Shown one piece after another: positions 9,370 to 18,928 of a stretch of 64,000 nucleotides of DNA. A program made the position numbers and the translations under genes. The stretch is from positions 48,524 to 112,523 of IMG/VR virus record IMGVR_UViG_3300009175_000009. One strand, written 5' to 3'. Under the pieces are notes generated by a model. The model had not been told where the DNA came from. It was given only the letters and a program-made list of their open reading frames with translations, and did no database searches. This stretch comes from a virus (Duplodnaviria > Heunggongvirae > Uroviricota > Caudoviricetes). The first letter of the stretch is position 1, and every line of letters begins with the position of its first letter.

Positions 9370-10207
9370 GACCGTCGTGCCTTGGTTCGGATCCGCGAGA
9401 ACGGTTGCCGAACGCATCGGTGAGCATCTGACCGGCTTCAAGTGGGTGGGTATACCGTTCTGCGGCGGATTGTCGGAGGTGCTGTACATCCAGGCCCGAT
9501 CCATCGTCTGCAATGATATGCACCGGCACATGATCAACCTCGCCCAGGTGCTGAAGGACGCGACGCTGGGACCGGCCATGATCGAAAGTCTGCGGGACGA
9601 ACTGTTCCATCCGGAGACGCTGGCACACGCTCAGGCTACCTCGGCTGACACGGACAATGATCAGTTGATTCCTATGGGTGCCCGCGCGCTGAACTACGAG
9701 GCTGCGAGGCAGTACTTCATCGCCTGTTGGATGGGCCGCAGTGGGAATGCTGGCGGCGACAGGGAGTTCACGGGCAACCTGTCGGTGCGGTGGAACGCGA
9801 ACGGTGGTGATTCTAATACGCGGTATCGCTCCGCCGTCGAGAGCCTGGCTGCGTGGCGGAAGGTCATCCAGCGATGTAACTTCACGTGTATGGACTGCTT
9901 CGAGTTTCTAGAGACCTGCGAGGATGATCCCGAGCACGCCATCTACTGCGACCCGCCGTGGCCCGAAGATGGTGATGTGTATAGGCACAAGTTCACGCGA
10001 GAACATCATACGCGGCTGGCCCAAATCCTGACGCGGTTCCAGAACGCACGCGTGGTGGTACGAATCAACACGTGTTCATTAGTGGATGAGTTGTACCCTC
10101 GTGGGTTGTGGAATTGGAATCAGCAAACGAGTCGCACGCAGGGCAACAATGATAAGGTAGAGGTGATTTTGGTTTATCGACCCCGAAGAAAAATTCAACG
10201 TGTCTAG
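9350..10207 (+). CDS. dam: DNA N6-adenine methyltransferase (Dam / D12 class)
   Basis: PWFGSAR…FCGGLS (motif I region) and YCDPPW (DPPY motif IV); start uncertain (TTG 9308 or GTG 9350). Confidence 0.7.
   Translation: MSLPKIKTVVPWFGSARTVAERIGEHLTGFKWVGIPFCGGLSEVLYIQARSIVCNDMHRHMINLAQVLKDATLGPAMIESLRDELFHPETLAHAQATSADTDNDQLIPMGARALNYEAARQYFIACWMGRSGNAGGDREFTGNLSVRWNANGGDSNTRYRSAVESLAAWRKVIQRCNFTCMDCFEFLETCEDDPEHAIYCDPPWPEDGDVYRHKFTREHHTRLAQILTRFQNARVVVRINTCSLVDELYPRGLWNWNQQTSRTQGNNDKVEVILVYRPRRKIQRV
10200..10207 (+). promoter_or_regulatory. GTGTCTAG + TGTAGGCAGAGGAG motif
   Basis: 22 nt upstream of ATG 10229. Confidence 0.45.
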
Positions 10208-10228
10208 TGTAGGCAGAGGAGAACGGTT

Positions 10229-10738
10229 ATGCCAACCAACGAACGAACGACAACGCGAAGCAACCTTCGCATCGACAAGCACGCCCTGGATCGCGAGGTC
10301 TGCGAGCAGCCGGAGAAATCACTGAATGCCGGCCAGGAAGCTGCGAGGCTCGCCTCGGTGCGTGATTTTGCGAAGGACAGAATGAAGGTGGTCGCAGCCG
10401 AACGTGCCCTTGCTATCCGCGAGGAACTGACCGCCGAGGGTGGACGTGTTACGGAGGCTCAGATCGATGCTCGTCTCACGACAGACTCCGAACGAATCGA
10501 TGCACATCACGAGTATATTCGAGCTGAACGTGACGCCGCGATGGCTGAGGCCGAACGTGATGCATGGAAAGAACGAGGCTACATGCTCAAGTCTCTCGGC
10601 GATCTGTACGCCGCAGGCTATTGGGCCAACGCAAGCCTCGCCGGTGACCGACGTGCCGCCGAAGAACGTGCAGGTGACGAGGCCCGCCAAGCCGTGGCGG
10701 ACCAGCGACGTCGCATGAACAGCACCTCGCGAGAATGA
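10229..10738 (+). CDS. hypothetical coiled-coil protein
   Basis: ORF preceded by GTGTCTAG motif plus GAGGAGAA RBS. Confidence 0.5.
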   Translation: MPTNERTTTRSNLRIDKHALDREVCEQPEKSLNAGQEAARLASVRDFAKDRMKVVAAERALAIREELTAEGGRVTEAQIDARLTTDSERIDAHHEYIRAERDAAMAEAERDAWKERGYMLKSLGDLYAAGYWANASLAGDRRAAEERAGDEARQAVADQRRRMNSTSRE

Positions 10739-10759
10739 TCGCGGAAGCCAACGGCAGAT

Positions 10760-10767
10760 GTGTTTAG
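10760..10767 (+). promoter_or_regulatory. GTGTTTAG + TGTAGGAG motif (variant)
   Basis: 77 nt upstream of SSB-like gene. Confidence 0.35.
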
Positions 10768-10843
10768 TGTAGGAGTAGCAAGCGGGACGATAAGGCGACC
10801 CGTAACGCTGGAACCAAGAACCTGTAACCAATGAGGTGAACCC

Positions 10844-12166
10844 ATGCCTACAAGAGGCAACGACCGAAATCGCGGCGGTTTTCAATACCGCGAACGCTCA
10901 TCGGCCACCGTACAGCGGCGTGCCAACCAGAGCGGTGGTGCTTTCGACTCGCTGTTCCGCAGCGATGTTGACGTCGTCTCCATCAAGGAGGGCGACTGGC
11001 GGCTGCGTATCTGCCCGCCGTCGTGGAACGATCATCTGCTGGAAGAACTGGGGATCGTCCATCCCACACGTTCCGACGACTGGGATCCGGAAGGTGCCGA
11101 TGACTTTGGCCTGGAGGTCTATGTTCACTTCAGCGTGGGCGCGGACAATCAGAAGTACTTCTGCCTGAAGAAGATGAAGGGCGAAGCCTGCCCGGTGTGC
11201 GAAGAGCGTGAACGCGTCGCCGCACTGGGTGCTGCTGGGATGTCGATGGCGGATAAGGACTTCGACGATTACATCCGCAACCTTCAGCCGACAAAGCGGG
11301 TGATCGCATACGTGATCGACCGCGACGAACGCAACAGTGGCCCGCAGCTTTGGAACATGGCGTGGTCGATGGACCGCGACTTGAACAAGCTGAGCATGGA
11401 CAAGGAAACCCGCGAAGCCGTGTGCATCGATCATCCCGAGGAGGGATTCGACATCGAGTTTTCTGTGACCGGCACCGGCATCAAGACGAAGTACGGTGGC
11501 ATCGCCATTGCTCGCCGCAGCACGCCGCTGAGCGACAACCCTGACCGTCAGGACGACTGGTTGCGTACCATCGCCGAGAATCCGATTCCCGAGCTTCTCA
11601 CCTTCCACGACTATGAGCACATCAAGGCTGCTCTGGCCGGGCAACGCCGCAACCGCGACGAAGGTGGAGATGATCGCCGAGGCGGTGGAAATCGCGGTGA
11701 CGACCGCAGGCACGCCCGCGACGACGACGATGGTGATCGCGGCAGCCGTAGCCGAGCACGCGATATCGCCGACGACGATGACGACAACCGAGCCCGCCGA
11801 CCGGCGATCCGGGGACGCGACGCTGACGTTGATGATGATCCGCCGCCCGCACGTGGGCGAGGACGCGACCGCGACGACCACGACGATGACCCGCCACCGG
11901 CCCGTGCTGGCCGCAACGGGGGCCGCAGCCGAGAAGCCGACGCGGACGTCGATGACGACCGTGACCCGCCGCCAGCCCGCGACACGGGCCACGACGACGC
12001 CCCGCCAGCCCGCCGCCGCAGCAGCCGTGCTGCCGAGGAGGCTACTGACCCACCGGCCCGCGAGACCCGCAGCCGAAGCCGCGACGCCGATGCCGACGAC
12101 GCCCCGCCCGCACGCACGAGCTTGCGGGATCGCGTGGCCGAGGGACGCCGCCGCAGCGAAAGCTGA
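10844..12166 (+). CDS. putative Zn-containing ssDNA-binding protein (gp32-like) with long repetitive acidic/Arg C-terminal tail
   Basis: GDWRLRICPPSWND and CLKKMKGEACPVCEER resemble the gp32 N-terminal/zinc region; C-terminal ~170 aa of DDDPPPAR/RDRDD repeats. Confidence 0.45.
   Translation: MPTRGNDRNRGGFQYRERSSATVQRRANQSGGAFDSLFRSDVDVVSIKEGDWRLRICPPSWNDHLLEELGIVHPTRSDDWDPEGADDFGLEVYVHFSVGADNQKYFCLKKMKGEACPVCEERERVAALGAAGMSMADKDFDDYIRNLQPTKRVIAYVIDRDERNSGPQLWNMAWSMDRDLNKLSMDKETREAVCIDHPEEGFDIEFSVTGTGIKTKYGGIAIARRSTPLSDNPDRQDDWLRTIAENPIPELLTFHDYEHIKAALAGQRRNRDEGGDDRRGGGNRGDDRRHARDDDDGDRGSRSRARDIADDDDDNRARRPAIRGRDADVDDDPPPARGRGRDRDDHDDDPPPARAGRNGGRSREADADVDDDRDPPPARDTGHDDAPPARRRSSRAAEEATDPPARETRSRSRDADADDAPPARTSLRDRVAEGRRRSES
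11640..12130 (+). repeat. in-frame degenerate tandem coding repeats (DDDDPPPARGR…) in SSB-like tail
   Basis: repeated gatgatccgccgcccgcacg / gacgatgacccgccaccggcccgt-type units. Confidence 0.6.
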
Positions 12167-12987
12167 ACCGAATGATTGCGACTACCTGCACTAGAAGGAA
12201 AACCCGGCGACGGGTAGACTGGTGGGTAGCCGCAAGGCTTCGCCTCTCAGTCCCAGTGGGGGAGAGGCGGGTGGTGAGGGCTGGCCGGAATCAGGACGGA
12301 TTGGGATGGACGCGCTTGAGCACACCTGATGGGCGTTCCACTCGACCGCAGCATGGCCTGTCAACGCAAGGCGGCAGGGTTGCCTGCGAGACCAGCCTTC
12401 ACCACCCGATTGCGAAGCGACGGGTTTGTTCTTGGATCAGACGACGATGTGCTCGTAGACGCGCTGGGTTTGCACTCCTACCTAGCATACTACGGTGATA
12501 GCGGAGGTGGTTAGATACGAACGATGCAGTAGGTAGCTCGTAGCGACCGATGGTATCGAAAACGGTTAAGCCAGCAATGCGTCAACGACATGCAGGCGCG
12601 AACGATATGATCGTTCTACGGCAGAATGAACAAGTGCAGGCATGCAGATGACGACGGTCTCTGAGGGGCCTGCACGTGCCCCGCCCGGCGGCGATTCCGA
12701 AATAGCCGGGCTCGCTTTATATGGAGATCATGAGCTATGGTTCCAGCGAGTCCGGTCACCTCGCCTGTCGATAATGACGATGCCGAGATCGATCTACTTC
12801 TTCGACAGGCGAGTGCTGACCGGATGGATCCAGGCGAACGCCTCCGTGGCCTACCGCATCCGTGCTTCTTCATGCCGTACTGGTTCAAGTACGATTCCAT
12901 CAGGCAACGCTGTCCTCGCTGTGGTATGTCAGGCGTCGAGATGCGGATGCGGTATCAGACTACGGAAACGGGAAAGCAACCGTGATC

Positions 12988-12995
12988 GTGTCTAG
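12988..12995 (+). promoter_or_regulatory. GTGTCTAG motif
   Basis: ends the 0.85-kb gene-poor region, 16 nt before ATG 13011. Confidence 0.4.
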
Positions 12996-13010
12996 TCAGC
13001 CGAGGTAACT

Positions 13011-13169
13011 ATGAACTGGTTTTTAGACGTATGCGACGAGGCGGAGAAAGTTCACAAGATTTGGACTTTCCCGTTCATCATTTTGACCGCACCCGGAATG
13101 TTGTATGTCTTCTTCATAGGACTGTGCATACGGGGCATCAGGAAGGTTAGATCATGGCGAAGAAAATAG
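13011..13169 (+). CDS. small membrane peptide (52 aa, MNWFLDVCDEAEKVHKIWTFPFIILTAPGMLYVFFIGLC…)
   Basis: ATG 15 nt after the GTGTCTAG motif with GAGG RBS; below the track's size cut-off. Confidence 0.3.
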   Translation: MNWFLDVCDEAEKVHKIWTFPFIILTAPGMLYVFFIGLCIRGIRKVRSWRRK

Positions 13170-14347
13170 TTCGACGACGTCTCGTAACGGCAACGCCCCC
13201 ACCTCCGCAGCGTGAGGAAGAGGACGAAGACGTCGAGTCAACCGAAGATGAAACACCGGCCCGCGGGTCACGTGCAGCCCCACGTCGCACGGCTAAGGCT
13301 ACTCGCCGCAAGACCGCCCGCGATACCGATGACGAGCCGTTGGTACGCGACGGTGGGGCCTACGGGCTCACGGGCGACATGGAGGATATCCGTGTTAAAC
13401 GATTCGGTTCGGGCTGTACCCTTCTGGACTGCGAGATTGGTGGTGGTGGTGGCGGAGCGTTCCCTGAAGGCCGCGTGGTGAACTTCGCTGGCTGGCAGTC
13501 AACGAACAAGACAGGCGTATGCATCGAGGCGTGTGCCAACTTTTCCATCGCCTATCCGACCGGCATCACGCGATATAACGACGCCGAGGCCGCGTTCGAT
13601 GTGAATTATGCCCGCCGCATGGGACTGCCGATGGACAGAATCAGCTTCGTCGAGGAGTGCCGTATCGTCGAGGTGTTCTTTCAGGACGTGAAGGACTTCA
13701 TTGCCGAGTGTGAACGCCGTCGCGTGCCAGGCTTGTATATCATCGATAGCCTTGATGCCCTGAGCGATCAGGCCGAACTGGATGGCGGTATGGACAAGGC
13801 CAGTTACGGTATGGCGAAGGCCAAACGCATGTCACAGTTCTTCCGCACCCTGGCCGGCCCTTTGAACTCCGCCAAGGTGACCCTGATAGTCATCTCGCAG
13901 CTACGCGACAAGCTGAATGTATCGTTCGGCGAGAAGGCGACGCGTGCCGGCGGCAAAGCCCTGGACTTCTACGCTTCGTGGGTGGTGTGGCTGTCGCATA
14001 TTGGCCAGATCAAACGCTCGGTCAACGGCATCGAACGCGTGGTCGGTGTTCGCATCAAGGCCAAGTGCAAGAAGAACAAGTGTGGCCCGCCGTTCCGCGA
14101 GTGCGAGTTCCCCGTGATCTTTGACTACGGCATCGATGACATCGAATCGATGGCAGACTGGTTAGTTGAGGTGAAGAAGTGGGAACTGTTCGATGAACGA
14201 AAACCTGGAACGTACCTGAAGTGGCTGGACAAACAGCCGCGTGAAATGTACATTAGCGAATCCAAGCGTATGTCCGCAGTGGTGCGGGCCGAGTGGGACA
14301 AGATCGAGGAGTCATTCTCGCCGAACTTCTCGAAGTACGGTAGCTAA
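13154..14347 (+). CDS. RecA/UvsX/RadA-family recombinase with degenerate Walker A
   Basis: RecA-core layout: GWQSTNKTGV (Walker-A-like), YIIDSLDAL (Walker B), loop regions GGKALDFYAS; N-terminus MAKKIVRRRLVT Arg tag. Confidence 0.7.
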   Translation: MAKKIVRRRLVTATPPPPQREEEDEDVESTEDETPARGSRAAPRRTAKATRRKTARDTDDEPLVRDGGAYGLTGDMEDIRVKRFGSGCTLLDCEIGGGGGGAFPEGRVVNFAGWQSTNKTGVCIEACANFSIAYPTGITRYNDAEAAFDVNYARRMGLPMDRISFVEECRIVEVFFQDVKDFIAECERRRVPGLYIIDSLDALSDQAELDGGMDKASYGMAKAKRMSQFFRTLAGPLNSAKVTLIVISQLRDKLNVSFGEKATRAGGKALDFYASWVVWLSHIGQIKRSVNGIERVVGVRIKAKCKKNKCGPPFRECEFPVIFDYGIDDIESMADWLVEVKKWELFDERKPGTYLKWLDKQPREMYISESKRMSAVVRAEWDKIEESFSPNFSKYGS

Positions 14348-14375
14348 GGCGAATTTCACCATTAGGAGGAAGAAG

Positions 14376-14948
14376 ATGATGAAGTCAGTTTTGTTCTTTG
14401 TGGTCGTATGCATTGCGGGCATTGCCAATGCCGCGACCGATGCTCTCGATGAAGTGAACGCAATTCGTGCCCAGCACGGTATGCCTGCATTCCAGCGGGA
14501 CGCAGCGATGACGCAGGGTGCGATGGCCTGCGCCGACTATCGTGCCAGTTACGGCATGCATCACCACACCGGGAACGACTTCGCGTTCCTGCCCAGGGGA
14601 TCATGGGCCGACTTCGGCGGCTGCGACGGCGGAGCTATCAGCAGTGGCTGGCTGGCGTGCAATACAACCGGCAACTTTACCTACGCCGGGGCCGCAGCGT
14701 CATACAACAACGGGGTCAAGTTCTGCCAGTTATTCGTGGGCAATCGACCCAACGGCCCTGTGGCAAACGCTGTGCGGGCTATCACGCATCCCCTGCAAAC
14801 AGCCGAGGCCCGACGCGAAGTCGGCCAGACGCCCCCAGCCGTCGCCCCTGAAACGACACCGCAGGGTGATCAGTACGGATCGTCACGGGGCGGGCGCGAA
14901 CGCCAGGGCCTATTTGCTCGCTGGGCGGCACGACGCGGACGTCGCTAG
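14376..14948 (+). CDS. secreted Cys-rich protein, possible CAP/SCP (YkwD-like) domain
   Basis: signal peptide MMKSVLFFVVVCIAGIANA; AGGAGG RBS; NAIRAQHGMP…GMHHHTG weak CAP-like pattern. Confidence 0.4.
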   Translation: MMKSVLFFVVVCIAGIANAATDALDEVNAIRAQHGMPAFQRDAAMTQGAMACADYRASYGMHHHTGNDFAFLPRGSWADFGGCDGGAISSGWLACNTTGNFTYAGAAASYNNGVKFCQLFVGNRPNGPVANAVRAITHPLQTAEARREVGQTPPAVAPETTPQGDQYGSSRGGRERQGLFARWAARRGRR

Positions 14949-14951
14949 GAG

Positions 14952-15206
14952 GTGACGGCCATGTGGATCGTAACCGGAATTGCGGTGGCTGTAGGATACG
15001 TGGTGGGCTTCGTCGTCCGCGGCGTGCTGGAGTCATCACCGGAGATTTACGATAGCACGCGTCCCGATTCTCATATCGTGTTGGGCAAAACCACGGGCGA
15101 GGCGATGGAGCAGGCGAAGGCCATGTTTCCCTTCGCCCATTCTATTAGCATCACATCAGTTCAGGGCCGACCCGACCTGTGGTTAATAAAGCCGAGGTAC
15201 GAATGA
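14952..15206 (+). CDS. small membrane protein
   Basis: N-terminal TM helix WIVTGIAVAVGYVVGFVV. Confidence 0.4.
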   Translation: MTAMWIVTGIAVAVGYVVGFVVRGVLESSPEIYDSTRPDSHIVLGKTTGEAMEQAKAMFPFAHSISITSVQGRPDLWLIKPRYE

Positions 15207-15207
15207 T

Positions 15208-15420
15208 ATGGACGACGACCCGTTGAACTGCCAGGCCGAGGACGACGAACGGCGTTACCAGAATGATCCGAAGATTCATGAGGCGGCGATGCACATGATT
15301 CAGCTTGTACAGCAAGGTATTCTGTCGCCCGAAGATCTGGACTGCGCATCGCGTGTGGCCCGACGTATCATCGACCGTCGCATGAGATTAAACCACAGAG
15401 GTGAACCGTGGACTCGCTGA
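15208..15420 (+). CDS. hypothetical protein
   Basis: ORF. Confidence 0.4.
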   Translation: MDDDPLNCQAEDDERRYQNDPKIHEAAMHMIQLVQQGILSPEDLDCASRVARRIIDRRMRLNHRGEPWTR

Positions 15421-15579
15421 GAACCATGTGGGCATTTATCCGGGCCGTTAACGGCCTGAAGCTCAGCGAGCAACAATACGACAGGCTGTGGGGTCTCGTT
15501 CACCATATCCCAGGTCAGCCCGAACGCCGTCCCTGGTGGTTCCTACGCCCATTCATCAGGAATACCAAGGGATGAGACT

Positions 15580-16140
15580 ATGGCTCAAGGCTGCCGCTGT
15601 CTGCCGGGATGTAGAACCCGGAGTAACTACGTTTGCACGCGGCGGTTCGTGGCTACATCGACGACCGGCGACGAGGTGGCCAGTAAGTATTCCGAGGTGA
15701 AGTGCCTTGCCTGCGGCGGCAAATGGCGAACCGACGCAGTCTACGTCGAGAAGCTGCGAAACTACCGCGAGCGCAAATACCGCAGGATGACCGATGATCA
15801 AATACTACAACTGATCGAGGAAGGTCATCTCAAGGTCAATCCGATAACCGGCGTGGTTCGTAAGCACCGCAAGGTTTGTCACGAGTGGACGAAGCAGTGG
15901 GTCATCCTCAAGCAGGATTTAGACCGTAATGGTTACCCCAGCGTCCGCATCTACTGGAACGGTCACCGCAAGGGTGCTATGGTTCACAGATTAGTTTACA
16001 TGGCCGTTCGCCGAAAACTAATACCGGATGGTTACGATGTAGATCATCGAGATAAGAATAGGGCGAACTGTTCTTATAGGAATCTTAGGCTGCGAACCAT
16101 AGCCGCGAACCGTGGTAGGGTGGACGATGTCCCATTTTGA
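15580..16140 (+). CDS. HNH homing endonuclease
   Basis: HNH motif GYDVDHRDKNRANCSYRNLRL; N-terminal Cys cluster. Confidence 0.8.
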   Translation: MAQGCRCLPGCRTRSNYVCTRRFVATSTTGDEVASKYSEVKCLACGGKWRTDAVYVEKLRNYRERKYRRMTDDQILQLIEEGHLKVNPITGVVRKHRKVCHEWTKQWVILKQDLDRNGYPSVRIYWNGHRKGAMVHRLVYMAVRRKLIPDGYDVDHRDKNRANCSYRNLRLRTIAANRGRVDDVPF

Positions 16141-16144
16141 ACGT

Positions 16145-16618
16145 CTATTCAAGCTGTCGTGTATAGCCCTTGATGATGTTACGAATCGTTGTGGGGTTGA
16201 CGTTAAATCGTATTCCGAGTCGGTAGTACCCAAATTCACCAGTCGCGTAAAGGAGACGAGCTTCAATAACCTGGGGTGTAGTCATCTTAGCGTTATAGTG
16301 GGTGGCTCCGTGCATGTGCCGTCTTTTGGAAACACAGTCGTCTTCGTTATCTTGCTGTGTTCCGAGGAACAGGTGTGTAGGCTCGACGCACGGTGGGTTA
16401 TCACAGTGGTGACAGACATACATACCATCCGGTATTGGGCCGTAAGCGAGTTCATAAGCGACGCGGTGGGCGTACAGTGGCTTCGAGTTCGTGCCACCGG
16501 ATCCTATCATTCCATAGCCACTTCTGGTTCCGCCCATCCAGATCAAACATCCTCCGATTCTTCGGCGTTTGGGCACAGTGTGGAATCTAACATCAAGTGG
16601 TATGGCGTGGCGGGACAT
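16145..16618 (-). CDS. HNH endonuclease (HNH_3 type)
   Basis: CLIWMGG…YVCHHCDNPPCVEPTHLFLGTQQDN; GGAGATAA RBS on minus strand. Confidence 0.8.
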   Translation of the reverse strand: MSRHAIPLDVRFHTVPKRRRIGGCLIWMGGTRSGYGMIGSGGTNSKPLYAHRVAYELAYGPIPDGMYVCHHCDNPPCVEPTHLFLGTQQDNEDDCVSKRRHMHGATHYNAKMTTPQVIEARLLYATGEFGYYRLGIRFNVNPTTIRNIIKGYTRQLE

Positions 16619-16640
16619 AGTTATCTCCTTTGCTTTATTG

Positions 16641-16657
16641 TAGCAAAGCTATTGCTA
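16641..16657. promoter_or_regulatory. palindrome TAGCAAagctaTTGCTA in divergent intergenic region
   Basis: perfect 6-bp arms between divergently oriented genes. Confidence 0.3.
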
Positions 16658-16689
16658 ATACGCAAGAGTTGTTACGGAAAGACGATATC

Positions 16690-17388
16690 ATGAGGCTGAA
16701 TCGACACCAACTCCCGAAGCCGAGATCAGTTGAACGTCAACGTATGATGTTTGATACGCAAGAGATGACGCACGGTATGTGTCGCGTGATGGTGGGCGAT
16801 TTCATGGAGGAAGCAACCGCATGCCTCACCAGCAGCGTGCGACTCCGGACGGACTGCCGCTGCGAGATTTGTCCAGACATCCAGTATTCCCGCCGGCTGT
16901 TCTTCGAGAGCAAGTCGGTCGGCAACACTGACCAGGCGATCATCTATCAGAGCCGCCTGCGCAAGGACGCCGACTTCTGCCTCCGCGGCTACCAGTTATG
17001 CTACTGGTTCTGGCATCACCACTGCCAGGTCTCGAAGGCTGAGAGTAAGACCGAGCTATATCATGAAATTGCCAGGCTAATGCAAGACGTGATTGTGGTT
17101 CCGCTGCGAATGATCTGGAAGGCTTACGGACATCGCGGGCCGAAGCTGCTGAACAACGCACTGTCCCGCAACGGCAAGACCATCGGATGGGGCAGTTTTG
17201 GATATGGTTATGGGTGGAATATCCCACTCCAACAATGGCGTGCGATGGGTGGTACGCGAGTGATCGTACCAAAGCTGAAGGTCTATGATGTTGAGTTTAC
17301 GAATCTTAGGATACAACTGCTTCCAGACGTGCCGAGCGACGTGGTGATGTCGGTCATTCTAAGCGGCGGGTGTAGCCTTTGGCGTTGA
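16690..17388 (+). CDS. hypothetical protein
   Basis: ATG 16690; track start was TTG 16630. Confidence 0.45.
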   Translation: MRLNRHQLPKPRSVERQRMMFDTQEMTHGMCRVMVGDFMEEATACLTSSVRLRTDCRCEICPDIQYSRRLFFESKSVGNTDQAIIYQSRLRKDADFCLRGYQLCYWFWHHHCQVSKAESKTELYHEIARLMQDVIVVPLRMIWKAYGHRGPKLLNNALSRNGKTIGWGSFGYGYGWNIPLQQWRAMGGTRVIVPKLKVYDVEFTNLRIQLLPDVPSDVVMSVILSGGCSLWR

Positions 17389-17838
17389 ATGTTTAGTCTG
17401 TTTGTTCCGAAGAATGATCTTATCCTTGATAGTTTTCAGAGCATGGCAGTTTGGGCACATGAGTTGGTAGAGTTCGGGGTTTTTATAGGCCCTGACCGTG
17501 TTATCACCAGTTCTATGACGTCCGCCGCCGATAGCAACAATATGATCTGCTTGTAATATTTCAGGATGTTTGTTGTACCCACATTTGCAGCAACATCCGC
17601 CGAGCATTTGTAGTACAGCAACCCGTACCTGACGTCGCCACTCGTTTTTCCTTTTTGTGCAGCACGTTTTACATCTATACGAACGGTTGCGTAGTCCCGA
17701 AAATTCGGTGGTCGGTTGAGGAACGCCGCAGAGGTTACACGTGATATCCATAGCAGACACTATACCACGTATCTGCAACGCGTACAACGCCACCGTGTCT
17801 GGACTGGTTGTGTATGACGTACCGTTCCCCGACTTCAA
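17359..17838 (-). CDS. HNH endonuclease
   Basis: Cys4 pairs plus LQADHIVAIGGG…DNTVRAYKNPELYQLMCPNCHALK. Confidence 0.75.
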   Translation of the reverse strand: MKSGNGTSYTTSPDTVALYALQIRGIVSAMDITCNLCGVPQPTTEFSGLRNRSYRCKTCCTKRKNEWRRQVRVAVLQMLGGCCCKCGYNKHPEILQADHIVAIGGGRHRTGDNTVRAYKNPELYQLMCPNCHALKTIKDKIILRNKQTKHSTPKATPAA

Positions 17839-18059
17839 GGTGCGTCTGGCCCGCGAAGTGCCGGGTGATTTAGCAACAACCCTGTGGATGCGATGATGAA
17901 ATGGTTTAGTTTAAGTTGGTGGCTATACCTGTTCGACGGCTGCACGGGTTGGACGAATTTCTGGTGCCGCGTGCGAAATCATCCAGGCGGCGTGGTGTGG
18001 TATAACGTGAACGCCCTGGAGCCTGACATGCGCTGTAATAACTGTGGAGAAGACTTAGG

Positions 18060-18599
18060 ATGATTACCTTACCGAAACCCGGCGATACGGTTCACGTGAT
18101 CGTGGACGGTGAATACATCATGCCCTTCTACGTGTGGGGCGTATCGCAGCAGACCTATGTCGGTGCCGGCAACGAGACGCCGCACGTGCCCGCCGACCGG
18201 CAGGTCGCCTTGTGCCGTAACGAGCGCATCGGCTACAAGCTGATCGAGGTGCCGAAGCTGTCTCTGGAGACCGTAGCAACCAGGAACAGCAAACTGCCGA
18301 AGAAACGGCGGTGCGAGATGTGCAAACGACAGCGGAAGCGGTTAGGAACACATCACATCGATGGCGACAAAGAGAACAACGATCCGTCTAACCGAATGAC
18401 GCTATGCCCGCGATGTCATACTAAGTGGCACTGGCAGCACGGGAAACGAGGAAAGCGGAAAACTAGTGTAGTATGTTTTTGTGGTGATCAGTCCTTTGAA
18501 TTAGGAATGTGTCGGAAGCACTACCAGCGGTTCAAGCGGCACGGTGACCCGATGCTGGTGAAGATACGAAACGGTGGTTTAGTGCGAGCAGATTCGTAA
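18060..18599 (+). CDS. HNH endonuclease
   Basis: GTHHIDGDKENNDPSNRMTLCPRCHTKWH; RBS GGAGAAG. Confidence 0.7.
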   Translation: MITLPKPGDTVHVIVDGEYIMPFYVWGVSQQTYVGAGNETPHVPADRQVALCRNERIGYKLIEVPKLSLETVATRNSKLPKKRRCEMCKRQRKRLGTHHIDGDKENNDPSNRMTLCPRCHTKWHWQHGKRGKRKTSVVCFCGDQSFELGMCRKHYQRFKRHGDPMLVKIRNGGLVRADS

Positions 18600-18610
18600 G
18601 GAGGTCGAAG

Positions 18611-18928
18611 GTGAGAAGTAAGAACGATAGCGTGGTGAAGGCCCTGCTGGATGAGATGGGTTACCATGACCCGGTACGCTGCTGTTCGACCTGTGTTCAT
18701 TACAGGGAGAGCGACTGTAGCGGCAACCACAACGCCGAGGCCGAGCACTGCGAACTGAACCCAGCCCTGCATCTCCCTATCGATGGTGCGGGCTGGTGCC
18801 GGCATCACGTGGCCAAGACTGATGGCATTCGTACCTTCGCCAACGTAGGCAAGGCACAGGAGGCGATCAACGCCATGCGTGATCGTGAAGTTCCGAGCAA
18901 CCGAACCCCAAGGGATGAGATAGGATGA
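18611..18928 (+). CDS. hypothetical Cys-rich protein
   Basis: GTG start, AAGGAGG RBS; CCSTCVHY…C motif. Confidence 0.45.
   Translation: MRSKNDSVVKALLDEMGYHDPVRCCSTCVHYRESDCSGNHNAEAEHCELNPALHLPIDGAGWCRHHVAKTDGIRTFANVGKAQEAINAMRDREVPSNRTPRDEIG

Noticed and set aside
12642-12995. 117-aa and 82-aa overlapping ORFs in the gene-poor region
   Set aside because: They cannot be distinguished by codon bias, have no homology cues and weak RBSs; left uncalled.
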